Positions 1 through 12,028 of a stretch of 64,000 bases of DNA are shown here, piece by piece. The notes under the pieces were generated by a model that did not search any database, was not told the DNA's origin, and saw nothing but the letters and a program-made list of their open reading frames with translations. Numbering within the stretch: the first letter of the stretch is position 1; the number at the start of each line of letters is the position of its first letter. The DNA is taken from assembly GCA_013265495.1 (NCBI GenBank), contig MU058103.1, positions 814,870 through 878,869 of the forward strand, given 5' to 3'. A program made the translations under genes and the position numbers. Source of the DNA: Vicugna vicugna (Eukaryota).

Positions 1-950
1 CATGGAAGACCAAGCAAAGGTCTAACATATATTTTGTTGATGTTCAAAAGGGGAGAATAGAGAGAATGGGGGAGAGGTCTTAAGTCAAAATCGTGAATAA
101 TGTTTTTTTATTGATTAAAGATAGGAATTCTGACTTCTGGGAAGCCCAATAACACAAGCAGGATACAAGGAAATGCACAATAGGGCAGATTGTAGAGAAA
201 CTACAATATGCCAAACATAAATAAAATACCTTAAAAATAATCAGGAAAATGTCAGATGCCTTAGGATAGTCTTAAATGTGGCTTCTCACTAACAAGAATG
301 GAAGCCAGAACAAGAAAGTTGGAACTCTAAAGTGCTCCAAGAAAAACTGTTCAAAAACTAAACTATTATTCAAGAATAAGAGTGAAATCAAAATTATTCT
401 TGACAAACAAAACAGAGTATTTCCCACTCATAGTACTTCGATAAATTTATTTCTAAAGAATGTGTTTTTGAGTGCAGTTTAATCAATGAATTCTAGGTGA
501 TAATTCCCTGAAAAAAAAATAGATATGAGGTGCAGGTAGAAATTATGAGGAAAGAAAGTAGAGAAGTAAGTTATTTGAAATTCACTGTATAAAATTAATA
601 AGAATATTTCATTGGATGATAACAAAAAGAGCAAACATACAGGAAATGAAGAACATCTAAAATGGGGAAGGTAGTCATCATTACAGTATTGTAACATCCT
701 TCAGTGTTTCCAGGGGATTGAAATTTTAAACTTAGGAAATGTGTATTAAGAGATATATAAGTTAACCTCAAAGAGAACAGACATAAAATGTAAAGTTTCC
801 CAACTAAAAGAGAGAAACATAAATTTATATAAGCAGAATACATTCAAAGAAAGCAGCAAAGGAGAAAAAAGAAACATAGAAAAAGCTGAATTAATAAAAA
901 GCATAATATAATGTGGGAGGTATAATTCCATATATACCAATAAAAGGACA
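1..950 (+). mobile_element. Ancient L1 (L1M/HAL1-like) ORF1 remnant and downstream A-rich spacer
   Basis: ORF 276-482 contains KTKLLFKNKSEIKIILDKQ, resembling the L1 ORF1p C-terminal domain (PAKLSFKNEGEIKTFSDKQ). Purine/A-rich plus strand with many stops. Confidence 0.7.
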
Positions 951-1404
951 CAAGAACATAAAGTGTCTTATGTGCTTTGCTAAGGAGTTACAAGTTTTCC
1001 ATGGAAAGTACAAGTTAGTGAATCCTGCAGTTGTATCTCTATCTCCCTGTACAACCTAAGTTATTTTATAGGCAATTCTTTCTGATTCTTCTGTGTATCA
1101 GCGTGGATAATCCCTTGCTGTGGTAATGTGCTTCAGTGCTACCAGAGATTTATAGATTTTTGAATGGTGATCAAGATCATTAATTAGATTGGCAGCTTCT
1201 TGAAGCAAATGCATTCTTTCTTTTGATCCTTATTCTTGAAATTGCTGCATGACTAGTCAATATTAATAAAGGGATCATCCTGTCTCTTTTCTGAAATCTT
1301 GTGAATTAGTAAGAATTTCTAATGGACTTGCCCCAAGATTTTATAACCATAACTGTTATAGAGGTCATATTAATAATGAGCACAATACGATAGAAATAAG
1401 TCAA

Positions 1405-1640
1405 ATCAGCCTTTATTGAGCATTTACTGTATCTAAGACACTGTATTAAGTATACAGTACCTTTTTGAATCCTAGCATGTGCCTCATATGTAATGTCTAC
1501 TTACTAACCCCATTTTATAGTTGAGGGACTACAGACCTCGAGAAACCGAACGCCTCTTTAAGATTATACCTAAGGAGTGGCAAAGCAGAAACTCAAACTC
1601 AAGAATTTTGACTTCAGAGTTTAGCCATTATGCTATACTG
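1405..1640 (-). mobile_element. MIR SINE
   Basis: tttattgagcatttactgt...ccccattttatagttgaggga...actcaaactcaagaattttgacttcagag matches the reverse MIR core. Confidence 0.7.
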
Positions 1641-2169
1641 TTTCTCAAGCCTTCCCAAACATCCTTCAAGTTCAGTGAAAGTCCATTTGCCTGTTTTTAT
1701 GTTGATGAGTTAAAGAACATTCAGGCAATCAAAGAGAAATGGCATTTTATTTGCATAGTTGATGAGAACAACAACAAAAATCTAAGATCTGTTTGTTTAA
1801 AATGCACATATTTTGTTGTTTACTTTAAAGAGGTTTGTGATTGTCATGAAAGACTGCTCCCTTTTTTCTCAGTCCTCGATTCTCTTTGAGAGAATCTACA
1901 CTGAGAGATGAAAGCAACCTTAAAAAGAAGCTCACTGTGAAAGATCAAGAGTGGCATTTAATCATTTAATCAGCAATTATTTATTGCAACCTCTTCTCTG
2001 CGTATAATTGTGTAGACTGTGAAGAAAGTGATGATGAAGTTTCTCTCCTGAAGAGCTTTATTGATTGGTAGAGGAGTGAGAAGGAAGGAAGCAAGTACAC
2101 TGCAAGGCATCTGGTCAGCTTTTAGTAAAATTTGCAGAATGAATGAACAAGGAAGAAAATGTTAGAGGG

Positions 2170-2620
2170 TAGACTGGTTTCTTAGGGTCATCTTATCACA
2201 AACCGGGTAACTTAAAACAAGAGACATGTATCTTCCGGTTCTGAAGGCTAGAATCTTGATGAAATCGAGGTGCAGGCAAGTCCATGCTCCCTCTGAACAC
2301 TCCAGCAGAGTATCATGCCTGTCTCCTTCTAGATTCTGGTAGTCGCCAGTTGTCCTTGGTGTTTGTTGGGATGTACAGGCAGCTCTTCTGTGTCTTCTTC
2401 TGTTACCATGTGGCGGTCACCCTGTGTGTCAGCCCATGTCCAAATTTCTCTTTTTATATGGACCCTGGTCTTTGGATTCGGGCCTGTTCTAAACAGTCTG
2501 ACTTCATCTTAAATTAATTCCATCTACAGAGACTCTATTTCCAAATAAGATCACATTCACAGATACCAGGCTTTAGGACTTGAACATATCACCTGGGGGG
2601 ACATGATTCAGTCCATAACA
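2170..2620 (-). mobile_element. MaLR LTR (MLT1B-like)
   Basis: cttaaaacaagagacatgtat...ttccaaataagatcacattcacagataccagg...attcagtccataaca (reverse of the TGTTATGGACTGAAT start). Confidence 0.85.
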
Positions 2621-2905
2621 GGGGCCATGACAAAGTTGTATAGAGGACATGAGCCCCCTGTGTGTGTGTGTGTAGTTGTGTGTAGGGGAAGGCGGGAGAT
2701 GACTTCCTAGAGAAGATGAAGCTCAGCTGGCATTTGAAAAACAAGATTTTCCCAGGAAATGGTGGGGGATGAGGCAGACATTGCTGATAGAGGGAAGAAC
2801 CTGATAGGCTGTAAGTATCTAATAACGTAATTGTGATCCTAAGCCTTAGCCCGAGAAGTCACCACTGTGTGAAAAGAAGTAAGCCCTATTTTGTTTTTGT
2901 TCTTT

Positions 2906-3045
2906 TTTAAATGTTTTTATTTGGGGAGGGGGTAATTAGGTTTATTTATTTTATTTTCCTTTTTTAATAGAGGAACTGGGAATTGAACCCAGGACCTTGT
3001 GCATGCTAAGCATGCACTCTACCCCTGAGCTATATACCCTTACCC
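2906..3045 (-). mobile_element. tRNA-Ala-derived camelid SINE (Vic-1 type)
   Basis: Reverse strand reads ggtatatagctcaggggtagagtgcatgcttagcatgcacaaggtcctgggttcaattcccagttcctc, then an A-rich linker and cctaattacc tail. Likely TSD tgtttttgttcttt (2892-2905) / tgtttttattcttt (3046-3059). Confidence 0.85.
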
Positions 3046-3083
3046 TGTTTTTATTCTTTATTGTCTCAACTGATCCTCATCAC

Positions 3084-3089
<6 letters not shown>

Positions 3090-3126
<37 letters not shown>
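3090..3126. repeat. (TG)n microsatellite
   Basis: About 18 perfect TG units. Confidence 0.97.
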
Positions 3127-3131
<5 letters not shown>

Positions 3132-3579
3132 CATTTAGCAATCTGTAGTAAGATTTATGGTAATTCTTTGCCATCAGCTTTTAAAAACTTTATGTCCCAG
3201 TGAGAAGCCCTCAGTACTGTCTCAAGTTCTCAGAAATGGTGATGCTTGCATCATGCTAGTAATGAAGCTTTCCATGTTGAAAGTATTGACATCTTTTTCA
3301 CTTTTATTGGTATTCATTAATTGTGCCACACTAAAATGAGTTGTCTTTTTTTGGTTATAAGTGAGAAAACGCTAAAAATGAATCACAAGTACAGAAATTA
3401 CAAGATAAATACAGAGTACTGCAGCATCACCAAAGCACTTAAGCTCCTGATAGAGGGCATAACTATTGTGATTTTGAACAACTATCAAGCCTTTATATAT
3501 GGATTTCAAACATCTCTGATGTGAATGGTCATGTCTTTGGTTAATAAGAGAGATTATAAATGTTGCCATAAATTTTACG

Positions 3580-3890
3580 GTTAAAATATATCAGTTATCT
3601 ATCCAACAACATGGATTTGGAATTGGTTAAATAAATTATGAATAAATCAATGTTATGGAAGGGTGGTCCTCCATTAAGGCATGTTTTAAAGGCATGTTTA
3701 ATAACATAGGGACCCTTCCATGATACATTGTTGAAATTCAAAACCCTATTCACAGTGCATTTTAATTTTGAAGTAATTTGCGTGTAAAGGGAAACACCCC
3801 AAACAATGAAACACTACAGATCATTTTTATTTTACTTGCACTGTTCCATATTTTTCAAATTCACTTTAAGAATAAGTAATGAAAAAATGA
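3580..3890 (+). mobile_element. Ancient L1ME-type 3' end remnant
   Basis: ttggttaaataaattatgaataaatcaatgttatggaa...catgatacattgttgaaa is typical of decayed L1ME 3' ends. Confidence 0.55.
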
Positions 3891-4654
3891 AACAGTGAAG
3901 ACCTATGTAGGAATTTCACTCACTTATTAATAACAGTGAGGAATTTCATTGCTAATTTAATAATAAATTTCAAATACTGGAAGAATATTTCCTCCATTAA
4001 TTTATGCTATTCATGATGATGTAAGGGCTACAGACCTGATTCAGCTTTAAACTTAGTCTGCTTTAGTAACATTTTCTCAAGCACTTTCTTAAACTACACA
4101 ATTAGCAATACAATAAATCACACCCTGATTTGTAGACTTTGCTGATGTCCTTAGTGAAAATATTTCCACCACATAGTTTTCAAGCTACTACTGTGATAAT
4201 ACCAAACTTGTAATTAGGAAAAAGATGCACGTGTATGGATAGAACAGATGTAAATAACCTCCAGGGTACAGATAATAGTGCGTTACAGTCAAATTATTAT
4301 AAAATGATGAGTTTTGACTACTTATCATCATTGTTAATTTTAAATGTGTATAATTCAATGTTAAACAATAGCTCACAATTAAAAAGAAAAAAATTAACTG
4401 ACTTTTCACAAGTTGGTAGTAGCTAGCTCCAGTACACTACTATGTAAGAGGAAAAAAAAATATATATATAGGTGTGGGAGACAGAAATTAGGCAAATTTT
4501 GCAACTACTCTGCCCTTTAGTTTCCTTGATTATGTAAGTGCTGTGAAAACCAGAGATACTCAAATAATCAGAATATATACATACGGTAGAGGTAGCCCAC
4601 ATGTATTAATCTGTCTCTAGCTGTGAACTCTGCTCATATAAACTACAAATGCAG

Positions 4655-4742
4655 ACATACATACATAGGCATACATATATATAATGTATGTGTGTGCGTA
4701 TATGTATACACACATTTATACATATACATGTGCATATGTAGT
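4655..4742. repeat. (TA/TG/CA) low-complexity alternating purine-pyrimidine tract
   Basis: acatacatacataggcatacatatatataatgtatgtgtgtgcgtatatgtatacacac... Confidence 0.8.
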
Positions 4743-4919
4743 TTTCTAAAATTTTATAAAGTTGTTTATGAATATAGCTGAATATCCTCCATTGTGGATA
4801 ATTAGAACAACACAGAAATTGAGGCTCAAAAGAGAAAGTAAAGGGAAAAAGAAGAGCAATTTTAGAGATGAAAATCATATTTAATTGTTTGAATCTATAG
4901 TTATTTATCAAGTTGATAT

Positions 4920-5470
4920 ATATAATGTTTGTTGACCACTAATGAAATATTTTTTATTTATAAATTGCTTTGCCACATCTTTGCCCATATTCCTATGGGA
5001 ATGTAAAGATTTTCTATGATTCTTAAAAGCTTTTCATCTGTTATCACATCACAAATTTAATTATTTTATATGATGACATGTTTCTGTTTTTGAGTTTCAG
5101 TTTCAGTTTCATTTATAGAAATTTTAAATGTGAAAAAAGTGACCATATCAAGGGTCAGATGAACCAGTATTTTCTTTATTGTTTGTTTCTTCCTTTGGTG
5201 TGATCTTTATAACTGACTTTCTCGCTCCCAGTACTAACAGAAATACAACTTCTTTATATTCTAAGATACTTGAGGGCTTTATTTTTTCATGTATTGTTAT
5301 CCAAAATTTTTATGATGTATTGTGTGAATTTTTTCCAAATCTTCATAAATCCATACATTTGACAATTCTATTCTTCCCTGACTGGTTTAAAATGTTGCCT
5401 TTATCACATATTAGACCTCTAACTATACTTTCTTTTTAACTTTCTGTTGAGTTTTCTTGCTGTGCTGTTA
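4920..5470 (-). mobile_element. Ancient L1M ORF2/3' remnant
   Basis: T-rich; cacatctttgcccatattcctatggga...tttttccaaat...ttcttccctgactggtttaaaatgttgcctttatcacata resembles reverse old L1. Confidence 0.55.
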
Positions 5471-7017
5471 CGATCCTTGTTCTACTTAACTTTGTTCTGT
5501 TTTTTAAGCTTTTGAACTTAATACAGAGCGGTATACACAAACTCTAAAGACTGAAGTGCAGTGGATTTTATGGCTGACTAATGTGGCCTCACTATTATTT
5601 TAAAAGCCAATTCGCTTTCTTGCAGAGAGTCATGATTTTTGACGTATTTTTGGTTTTGTTTTTGGCATCACTTTGGTTTTGTTTTGTTTGAAATATCCAC
5701 CTAAGTTAGCAAATAACGATCGAGTTTTGGAAAATAGATAGGGGCTCTGACTTACAGTATCTGTGATGATACTCCTCTAATTTATGTTATTCATCTATTT
5801 AGTGTTTTAATTGCATGGTAGACTATTTTTCTCTGTAAAGTAGATATTTCATCTCAATAGTGTTTTTTTCCTTCCCTCAGTAGATAGTTTATGATAAAAA
5901 GATACTTTTACATTTGGCCAAAGAGATATAATTAAAAATTTCTTTAGAAAAGCAATATGGTAAGAAGAATTCTCTTTTATAGACTCACAAATGATCATTT
6001 CTTATCTCAATGAATTAGTCTTAAAGCTTTTAATCTAATTAATCCTTAAGCAAGTGTAACATCACAAGGTGGCATTTTGTGTAGCTGGCAGTGTGCATGG
6101 ATTTAATCCTGGATTTGCAAACAGATTTAGCTAAAACATCTCCAGCTGACCTATGCCTATTTTGCATTTAAAGTGAGAAATAGTTAATTTAAATATTTCA
6201 GTTAATTTAAGTGTCTTATATTAGTCTGAGTTCGTGTGTGTAGTGTGTCTGTGTTCATGTCCGTGTTTATGCATATATTTATTCTTTCTTCCAAGTTACC
6301 AAGAACTCCTGATACATTTTTCAGTATGGAATAAATAAATCTACGTGAGGTAATAGAAAGAGACTGGGTCTGGAAATTAAACTACCTGATCTCCACTTTA
6401 TCTACTCTCTTTTTCTGGGATTCATTTTCCTAAAATATAGAAATATTGGATATCTAGAACCACTTCAAACTCTAACATACTATGATTTGAAATTTAATAA
6501 TAGTGAGATTTATTTCAGGAAAATCATTTTTACATTCTTGACTGTTTATGTCTTCCATACCTAGATCTGAGTTCTAGAACTCTTGAACAAATTTTATCTT
6601 GATCCTTTGCCTTTCCAGATGCTATTAACTTTGGAAATGTAAGTTGGGACTTTTGAGGATGAGAAGGCATAAAAGATTAGGGAACCCTGAATATATATAC
6701 ATTGGAGATATATATACAACACACTATAAAACTCAAACACTTTAAAAATTGGAAAAAGAAAGATCCATTAATTATTGTTATGAGCTACATATGTAATAAA
6801 TAGTAAAAAAAAAAGAACACTAAAGTTTTAAAATACAGTTACTATCACTGATTAATTGGGGATATTATTTTTGTTTAGTTTGTTCTGCTCTAAATTAAGA
6901 AAGAAAATATCTTCTACACAAAATGGTCGTAGGGTTGAATGAAACAGCATATATAAAGCTGCAAGCATGGATTTTTGCATGGAAGAGTGGTACTTCTTAC
7001 TTTATTCTTTATCTCTG

Positions 7018-7270
7018 CAATTTTTTATTATGAAAAAAATTTAAAGTATACAAAATAAACCTAAGAAAATAATGACCTCCTGTGTCCATCATTCAGCTTT
7101 AAGAAATGTCAAGTCACTTTGTCTCCCATTCATTTAGCATTATTTTGAAGCAAATCCCAGATGTCATAACAGTTTATCCGTTAACATTTAAGTGTCTCTG
7201 GACAATAAGCCTCATTATATGAAAACAACCCAAATAATATTATCATATCTAATTAGTAATGATTTATTGA
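7018..7270 (-). mobile_element. L1MC4/5-like 3' end fragment
   Basis: ttttttattatgaaaaaaatttaaagtatacaaaa...ttattttgaagcaaatcccagatgtcataac. Confidence 0.65.
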
Positions 7271-7578
7271 CAATGGATCCAATCAGATGTAAATACGATT
7301 CTGCACACTAGAGGAGAAAGTAAGAACAGAAATAAGGGAATTGGAACATTAAAATCAAATCTCTGTTTTCTTATTATGTGTATGTATTTTTTCTTTCCGT
7401 TTTGTTATGGTTTTAAATGGGATGTGGTGCCTGAATCCCAGAGCAGTCAAATGATTAGGTCAATTATGAAGCTAGAGCAAAAATACTCACTTTATGACAC
7501 TCAGGTCAGTTTCTTTCCTATGTCACTCCAATGCCTATATATTTTAGGAACTGGTACATTTCCCACTGTAAATAAATA

Positions 7579-8223
7579 CAGTGTATTCACATTATTTGTG
7601 ATAGTTATGTTCTGCAAATTAGCCATGAACATTGAATTCTGAGCCATTGTTCCCAAAGGAAACGCAGGATTAGGTTCCTGCAAGCCTCTGGTCACAGCAT
7701 TTTTTTGCTAAGTGATCAATACCTAACCTTGTTTTATGTGTGTTTCTGTTTAAAGACATCTTATTTAATACACACTGTTGATTAATTAACATTTACCTTA
7801 TGGCCGATTACACTATAACTCATGCCTGAATAAAACCTCTCTACTACGTGTATCCACTGTATGTATTTTCTCCACGAGGCACATCGCAGACGTCTTGTAC
7901 TTTGGGACACTAGGTAGCACTTCAGCACTACCCTTGGGGCCTATTTTAAACAGTGAAATCACCTACAAAAAGCACATGAGTGCCAAAAATATGGTACTAC
8001 GTATAACAGGAAAAGGACACTTGTATACAGTGAGAGAGCTGAAACAAGAAGGCAAAGCATCACCTTGTTTGATCATCGCAGGGAACTTACATGTCATACG
8101 ACTCAAATTTTTCACCATTCTGCACATGCACATGAAAGTATGCAAGTACTGATTTTACTCAATAAATTTTAGTAAGTAGGCAAAATTGCAACTGTGGAAT
8201 CCTAGAGTAATGAAGATGGATTG
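7579..8223 (-). mobile_element. MER82 (TcMar-Tigger non-autonomous DNA transposon), full length
   Basis: Termini cagtgtattcacattatttgtg / gagtaatgaagatggattg with TA at 7577-7578. Internal agcacttcagcactacccttggggcctattttaaacagtgaaatcacc and ttaggttcctgcaagcctctggtcaca match the MER82 consensus as recalled. Confidence 0.88.
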
Positions 8224-9749
8224 CACATACATTTATATATAGATATACATCTAGAACTTAAAGATTAACTTTAGAGGATAACTATAAATAGATTAATGGA
8301 GTTTAAGGGGACAAAGTGGAGGAAAAGTACATGGCAGAATGACAGTAGGTAATTTTTCAAAACAGCACTGACAGAAACAAAGTAAGTTGAGATAAAGCAC
8401 ATCTGGAATCCCTGAGTCTGTTGATGAGGAAGGAGTTGGAACGTCTGGAGCTTGGTGTGATGGAAAGAGATCACAGAACTCTGCTGTCTTGCTTGTCCTG
8501 ACCTGCCCTGGCACATATTAATCACAGCAGAGCTACTAATAAGCCTGTGGCTTACACGCTGAAATTACTCCTTCAGTTCTGCCAGACTAATATTTCGTAA
8601 AGACTATTCATTCAAAGCTTTCACCAACTTGACTATCTAAGCTCTTATTCCTTGGATCAGAGTGAACAAGTAATTTTCAGTGGGACCCAGGGAATGTATA
8701 TGACAAATCAAAAATTGCTCAACAGTCAACAAACAGTAGAACATAAAACAGTGAGTCACTGCAGTAAGGATTTTTTTTTATGAAGGTATATCGTTACATA
8801 TACAGCTGAGAATTAAAATGAGTAACCCTTAAATAGTACATATTAACTTCTGACAGATAACGTCTAGACTCCACTGTGCAAAGCCAAACCCACAGTGACA
8901 GTGGCCTTTGAAGATAAGGACTGTGGAGATAATTCACTTGACTTATAGTGATCTTACAGAGTCATTAGGCCTCATTTTATCTTTTATAATGTTATCTGGG
9001 AGAGAGGGCAGTGGCTATGTAAACTACCCCAGTCCTTAAACAGAACTAACTTTTTAACAGAGCAAAATGTGAAGGCTGAGAACAGAAAACGTGAAGGAGG
9101 TGATCATTAGATTGATGAATTCCAAAAGATCTAGCACTGAAGCTTCTTTTTCATGGGGTGACAACTTGAAAATGTTGAGGATGTCTTTATTGAAGATCTT
9201 CAAAGGCTCTTTGCTTCATTAATCTAATTCTTTGGTCGAGCCATTAATTTTTCCTATAAGAATAAGGGGTGTTTTAGCTCATGAGAAACTCCACAGTCAT
9301 GAAGCAGCAACTTGATGTGATTAAAACAAGCTTTTTCCATGATAGGCTCAGCTGAGGAATTTGGATAAATGCTAATTCTGTGATTTTCATATTTCAGTGA
9401 TTTGGCTCTCTTATCAGTTCCCATTATGCTGACTTTTTTCATGGAAATGAAAAGAAAATGAGGGATGGCAGTTCAAGTTTCCTCTTAATGTGATGGCTGC
9501 CTTCTGTGAGAGTCATCAGGAAGTCAGCTCCCTTGAATTTTGAAAACTGACTAGAATTCATGATTATTAGTGTCTGAGGCCCACACTCTCTAAGAACCTG
9601 TGAATGTCCTTGGCTCTCTCTCCACCAGTCAGATTCCCTGTGCTTCTTTCCTTCAGTCTCCAAACATGCCCAACTGAGGGAGCTAGTGGACTGCCCAGGT
9701 TGTTGAGGCTTGTTTCTAGAATATTCTGATCATGTGAAAGGAGTGGAAC

Positions 9750-10062
9750 CATCCCAATGTGAGGTATTGGAAGGTGAGGCCTTTGAGAGGTAATTAGCTT
9801 TAGATGAGGTCCTAAGGTTAGAGCTCTAATGATATTAGCTCCCTTGGAAGGAAGAGACCCCAGAACTTTCTCTCTGTCCTGTGTGGACATGGCAGGAAGA
9901 CAGACATCTGAAAGTCAGGAAGAGAGCTGTCAGCAAGAACCAAATCTGCTGGCACCTTGAGCCCTTGCTGAGACTTCCCAGCCTCCAGAACTGTGAGAAA
10001 TAGATATCTGTTGTCTAAGCCAGCGTCTGTGGCAGTTTGTTATAGCAGCCCAGGCTAAGGCA
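9750..10062 (+). mobile_element. MaLR LTR (MLT1A-like), 5'-truncated
   Basis: cccaatgtgaggtattggaaggtgaggcctttgagaggtaattag...gacttcccagcctccagaactgtgagaaata...tttgttatagcagcccaggctaaggca. Confidence 0.88.
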
Positions 10063-10519
10063 GGCGGCTGTGGTAACAACCGAAACACAGCGGCAGTAGC
10101 TGTCATGTTTCCCACGTGCCCTTCAGGGGACTCCTTTCTCTGTGACGCCGCCACCCAATTCATTATTGATTCGAACTTCTTCACATTTCACAGACTGTGG
10201 AAAACCAATTACTGTCTTCCAAAGTTTTTTTTTTTTTTTCCAAATTTTCTGTCCTTTTTTTCTCATGACCTCTCCACTTCCTGGGCTCCTATTTCTGCAC
10301 ACCGTCTCTGCGATGCTGTTCCTTGGCCTGGAGAGGCAACTTAGCATACCCACTTGAGTAAAACATTTGTAGGCCCAGTCCACTTTGCTGAAGTTTTTTT
10401 TTTTGAAGGTGAAAAATGCTACAATGGGGTTAATGGTGAAGCAATGGAAACACTGTGAAAACCCATATTAAACATCTTATTTCTAAATTATTTTTGTGAA
10501 ACACCAAGGAACCACAGTT

Positions 10520-10959
10520 TGTGCTAGTTTTCTATGGCTGTTGTAACAAAACACCATAAGCTTAGCAGCTTAAAACAGCAAATCCTCAATCAGCATTACT
10601 GGGTCAGAAGCATTTCCTCAGTAAGTTCCACAGGGAATCTGTTCCTTGTCTGTCCCAGCTTCTGGTGGCTGCTGATGTTCCTTTGCTTATGGCCACATCA
10701 TCTCAATCTCTGCTTCCATCTTTACATCATCTTCCCGTCTGTGTAAGTCTAATATCTTTCGGCCTCTCTCTAGGAAGGATGCTTGTAATGATAGCAGACA
10801 CCCCCCAGCCCCCAGATAATCCAGGGTAATCGCCTCAGGCCAAGATCCTTAACTTAATTACCTGTGTGTGCAAAGACCTCTTTTCTTATAAGGTAGCATT
10901 TACAGGTTCCCAAGATTCAGACCAGATATCTTTGGGTGGCCATTATTCAGGCTACTATA
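10520..10959 (-). mobile_element. MaLR LTR (MLT1C-like)
   Basis: ggctgttgtaacaaaacaccataagcttagcagcttaaaacag...gataatccagggtaatc...aagatccttaacttaatta...ccattattcaggctactata. Confidence 0.85.
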
Positions 10960-11369
10960 CTGTTGCCACTTAATTCCAGCCTATCTCTGTTTGGTTGGCT
11001 CCTCTTTTCTTTCTGTTTCCCCCATGTTTCTCTTCGTAGCAACCTCTCCTCCAAGGACTATTTGAGAAAAGCCAAGTTCTTCCCTTTCTATTACACAAAA
11101 CAAGTGAATGCTCCTCACTCCTCTGTGTCAAATACCCATCTGTTAAATGCTTATCAAAATACTCCACACAAAAACAAAACAAAACTAGGAATAATAAATA
11201 AACAAAAAACCTGTTGAACAGAAACCATGACCCCTAAAAAGTGAGAGTTTATTCTCCTATTATTGCAAAAGAATTGTATCACTCTTATTTCCTAGAATCT
11301 CATGACTATTTGAAAAATAATTGCCATATTTGAATGTTCTCGTGACAATTCCAAATGAAGCTTGTTAGT

Positions 11370-11650
11370 TTTGCTATTTTAAAGATGAGGTAACTGGCCT
11401 CAAAAGATCAGGTAGGGGGAGGGTACAGCTCAGTGGCAGAGTGCATGTTAGCCTGCATGAGGTCCTGGGTTCAATCCTCAGCACCTCCATTAAAATAAAT
11501 AAATAAATAAAATGAATTACCTTGCCCACAAAAAAAGAAAAAAAAAAGTCAGGCAACTGTGCAAGGTGGCATAGCTAGGAAGAGGCAGTTCTAAACTTCC
11601 AAAGCATCACTACCTGACTCCAAGGCCTTGTTTTATCACTAAGCTTTACC
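11370..11650 (-). mobile_element. MIR SINE interrupted by a Vic-1 SINE
   Basis: attttaaagatgaggtaactggcctcaaaagatcaggta [insertion] actgtgcaaggtggcatagctaggaagaggcag...ctgactccaaggcc. Confidence 0.75.
11415..11542 (+). mobile_element. tRNA-Ala-derived camelid SINE (Vic-1 type)
   Basis: gggggagggtacagctcagtggcagagtgcatgttagcctgcatgaggtcctgggttcaatcctcagcacctcca, then (taaa)n, aattacc and poly-A. Flanks aaaagatcaggta / aaaaagtcaggca form a degenerate TSD. Confidence 0.88.
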
Positions 11651-11781
11651 ACCCCTTTGGTTCAGTTTGCTAGTCTGTTAAAAGAGGTGAAAGTATTGTT
11701 AACCAAATATTCCTCGCAATGTTAAATGAAGTAATTCAGATAAAAGGATTCTGTAAACTATAAAGCTTTATGCAAAAGCGG

Positions 11782-12028
11782 CCACTATTACCTTCATGAT
11801 CACCACCAATGCCACCATCTCTGCCACCATCATTAATGCCACTGTCATCACCTCTACTAACGTCACTGTTATCACTACCACCACCAATGTCTCCGTCGTT
11901 ACTATTACCACCATTACCACCCAGCTCACCATCACTCTCACCACTGCCATCGTTATCCTGATCACTACTAGCACCACTACTGGTACCATGAGTACTAGCA
12001 CCACTGATGTTACTACTACCATGACCTC
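11782..12028. repeat. Degenerate (CAC/CAT/TAC)n trinucleotide repeat
   Basis: Strict 3-bp periodicity (acc/atc/act/gcc/gtc), giving Thr/Ile-rich (+) and Val/Met-rich (-) open frames. Confidence 0.9.

Noticed and set aside
1521..1889. 122-aa plus-strand ORF
   Set aside because: Starts at a TTG inside a MIR and has no recognisable domain or coding-like composition.
2968..3045. tRNA-Ala(AGC) gene on the minus strand (and a similar one at 11415-11489)
   Set aside because: Acceptor stem and A box are degenerate, and both copies continue into a shared SINE tail, A-run and TSD, so they are SINEs.
8749..8761. Extended palindromic AP-1 site CAGTGAGTCACTG
   Set aside because: Isolated short motif with no supporting context.
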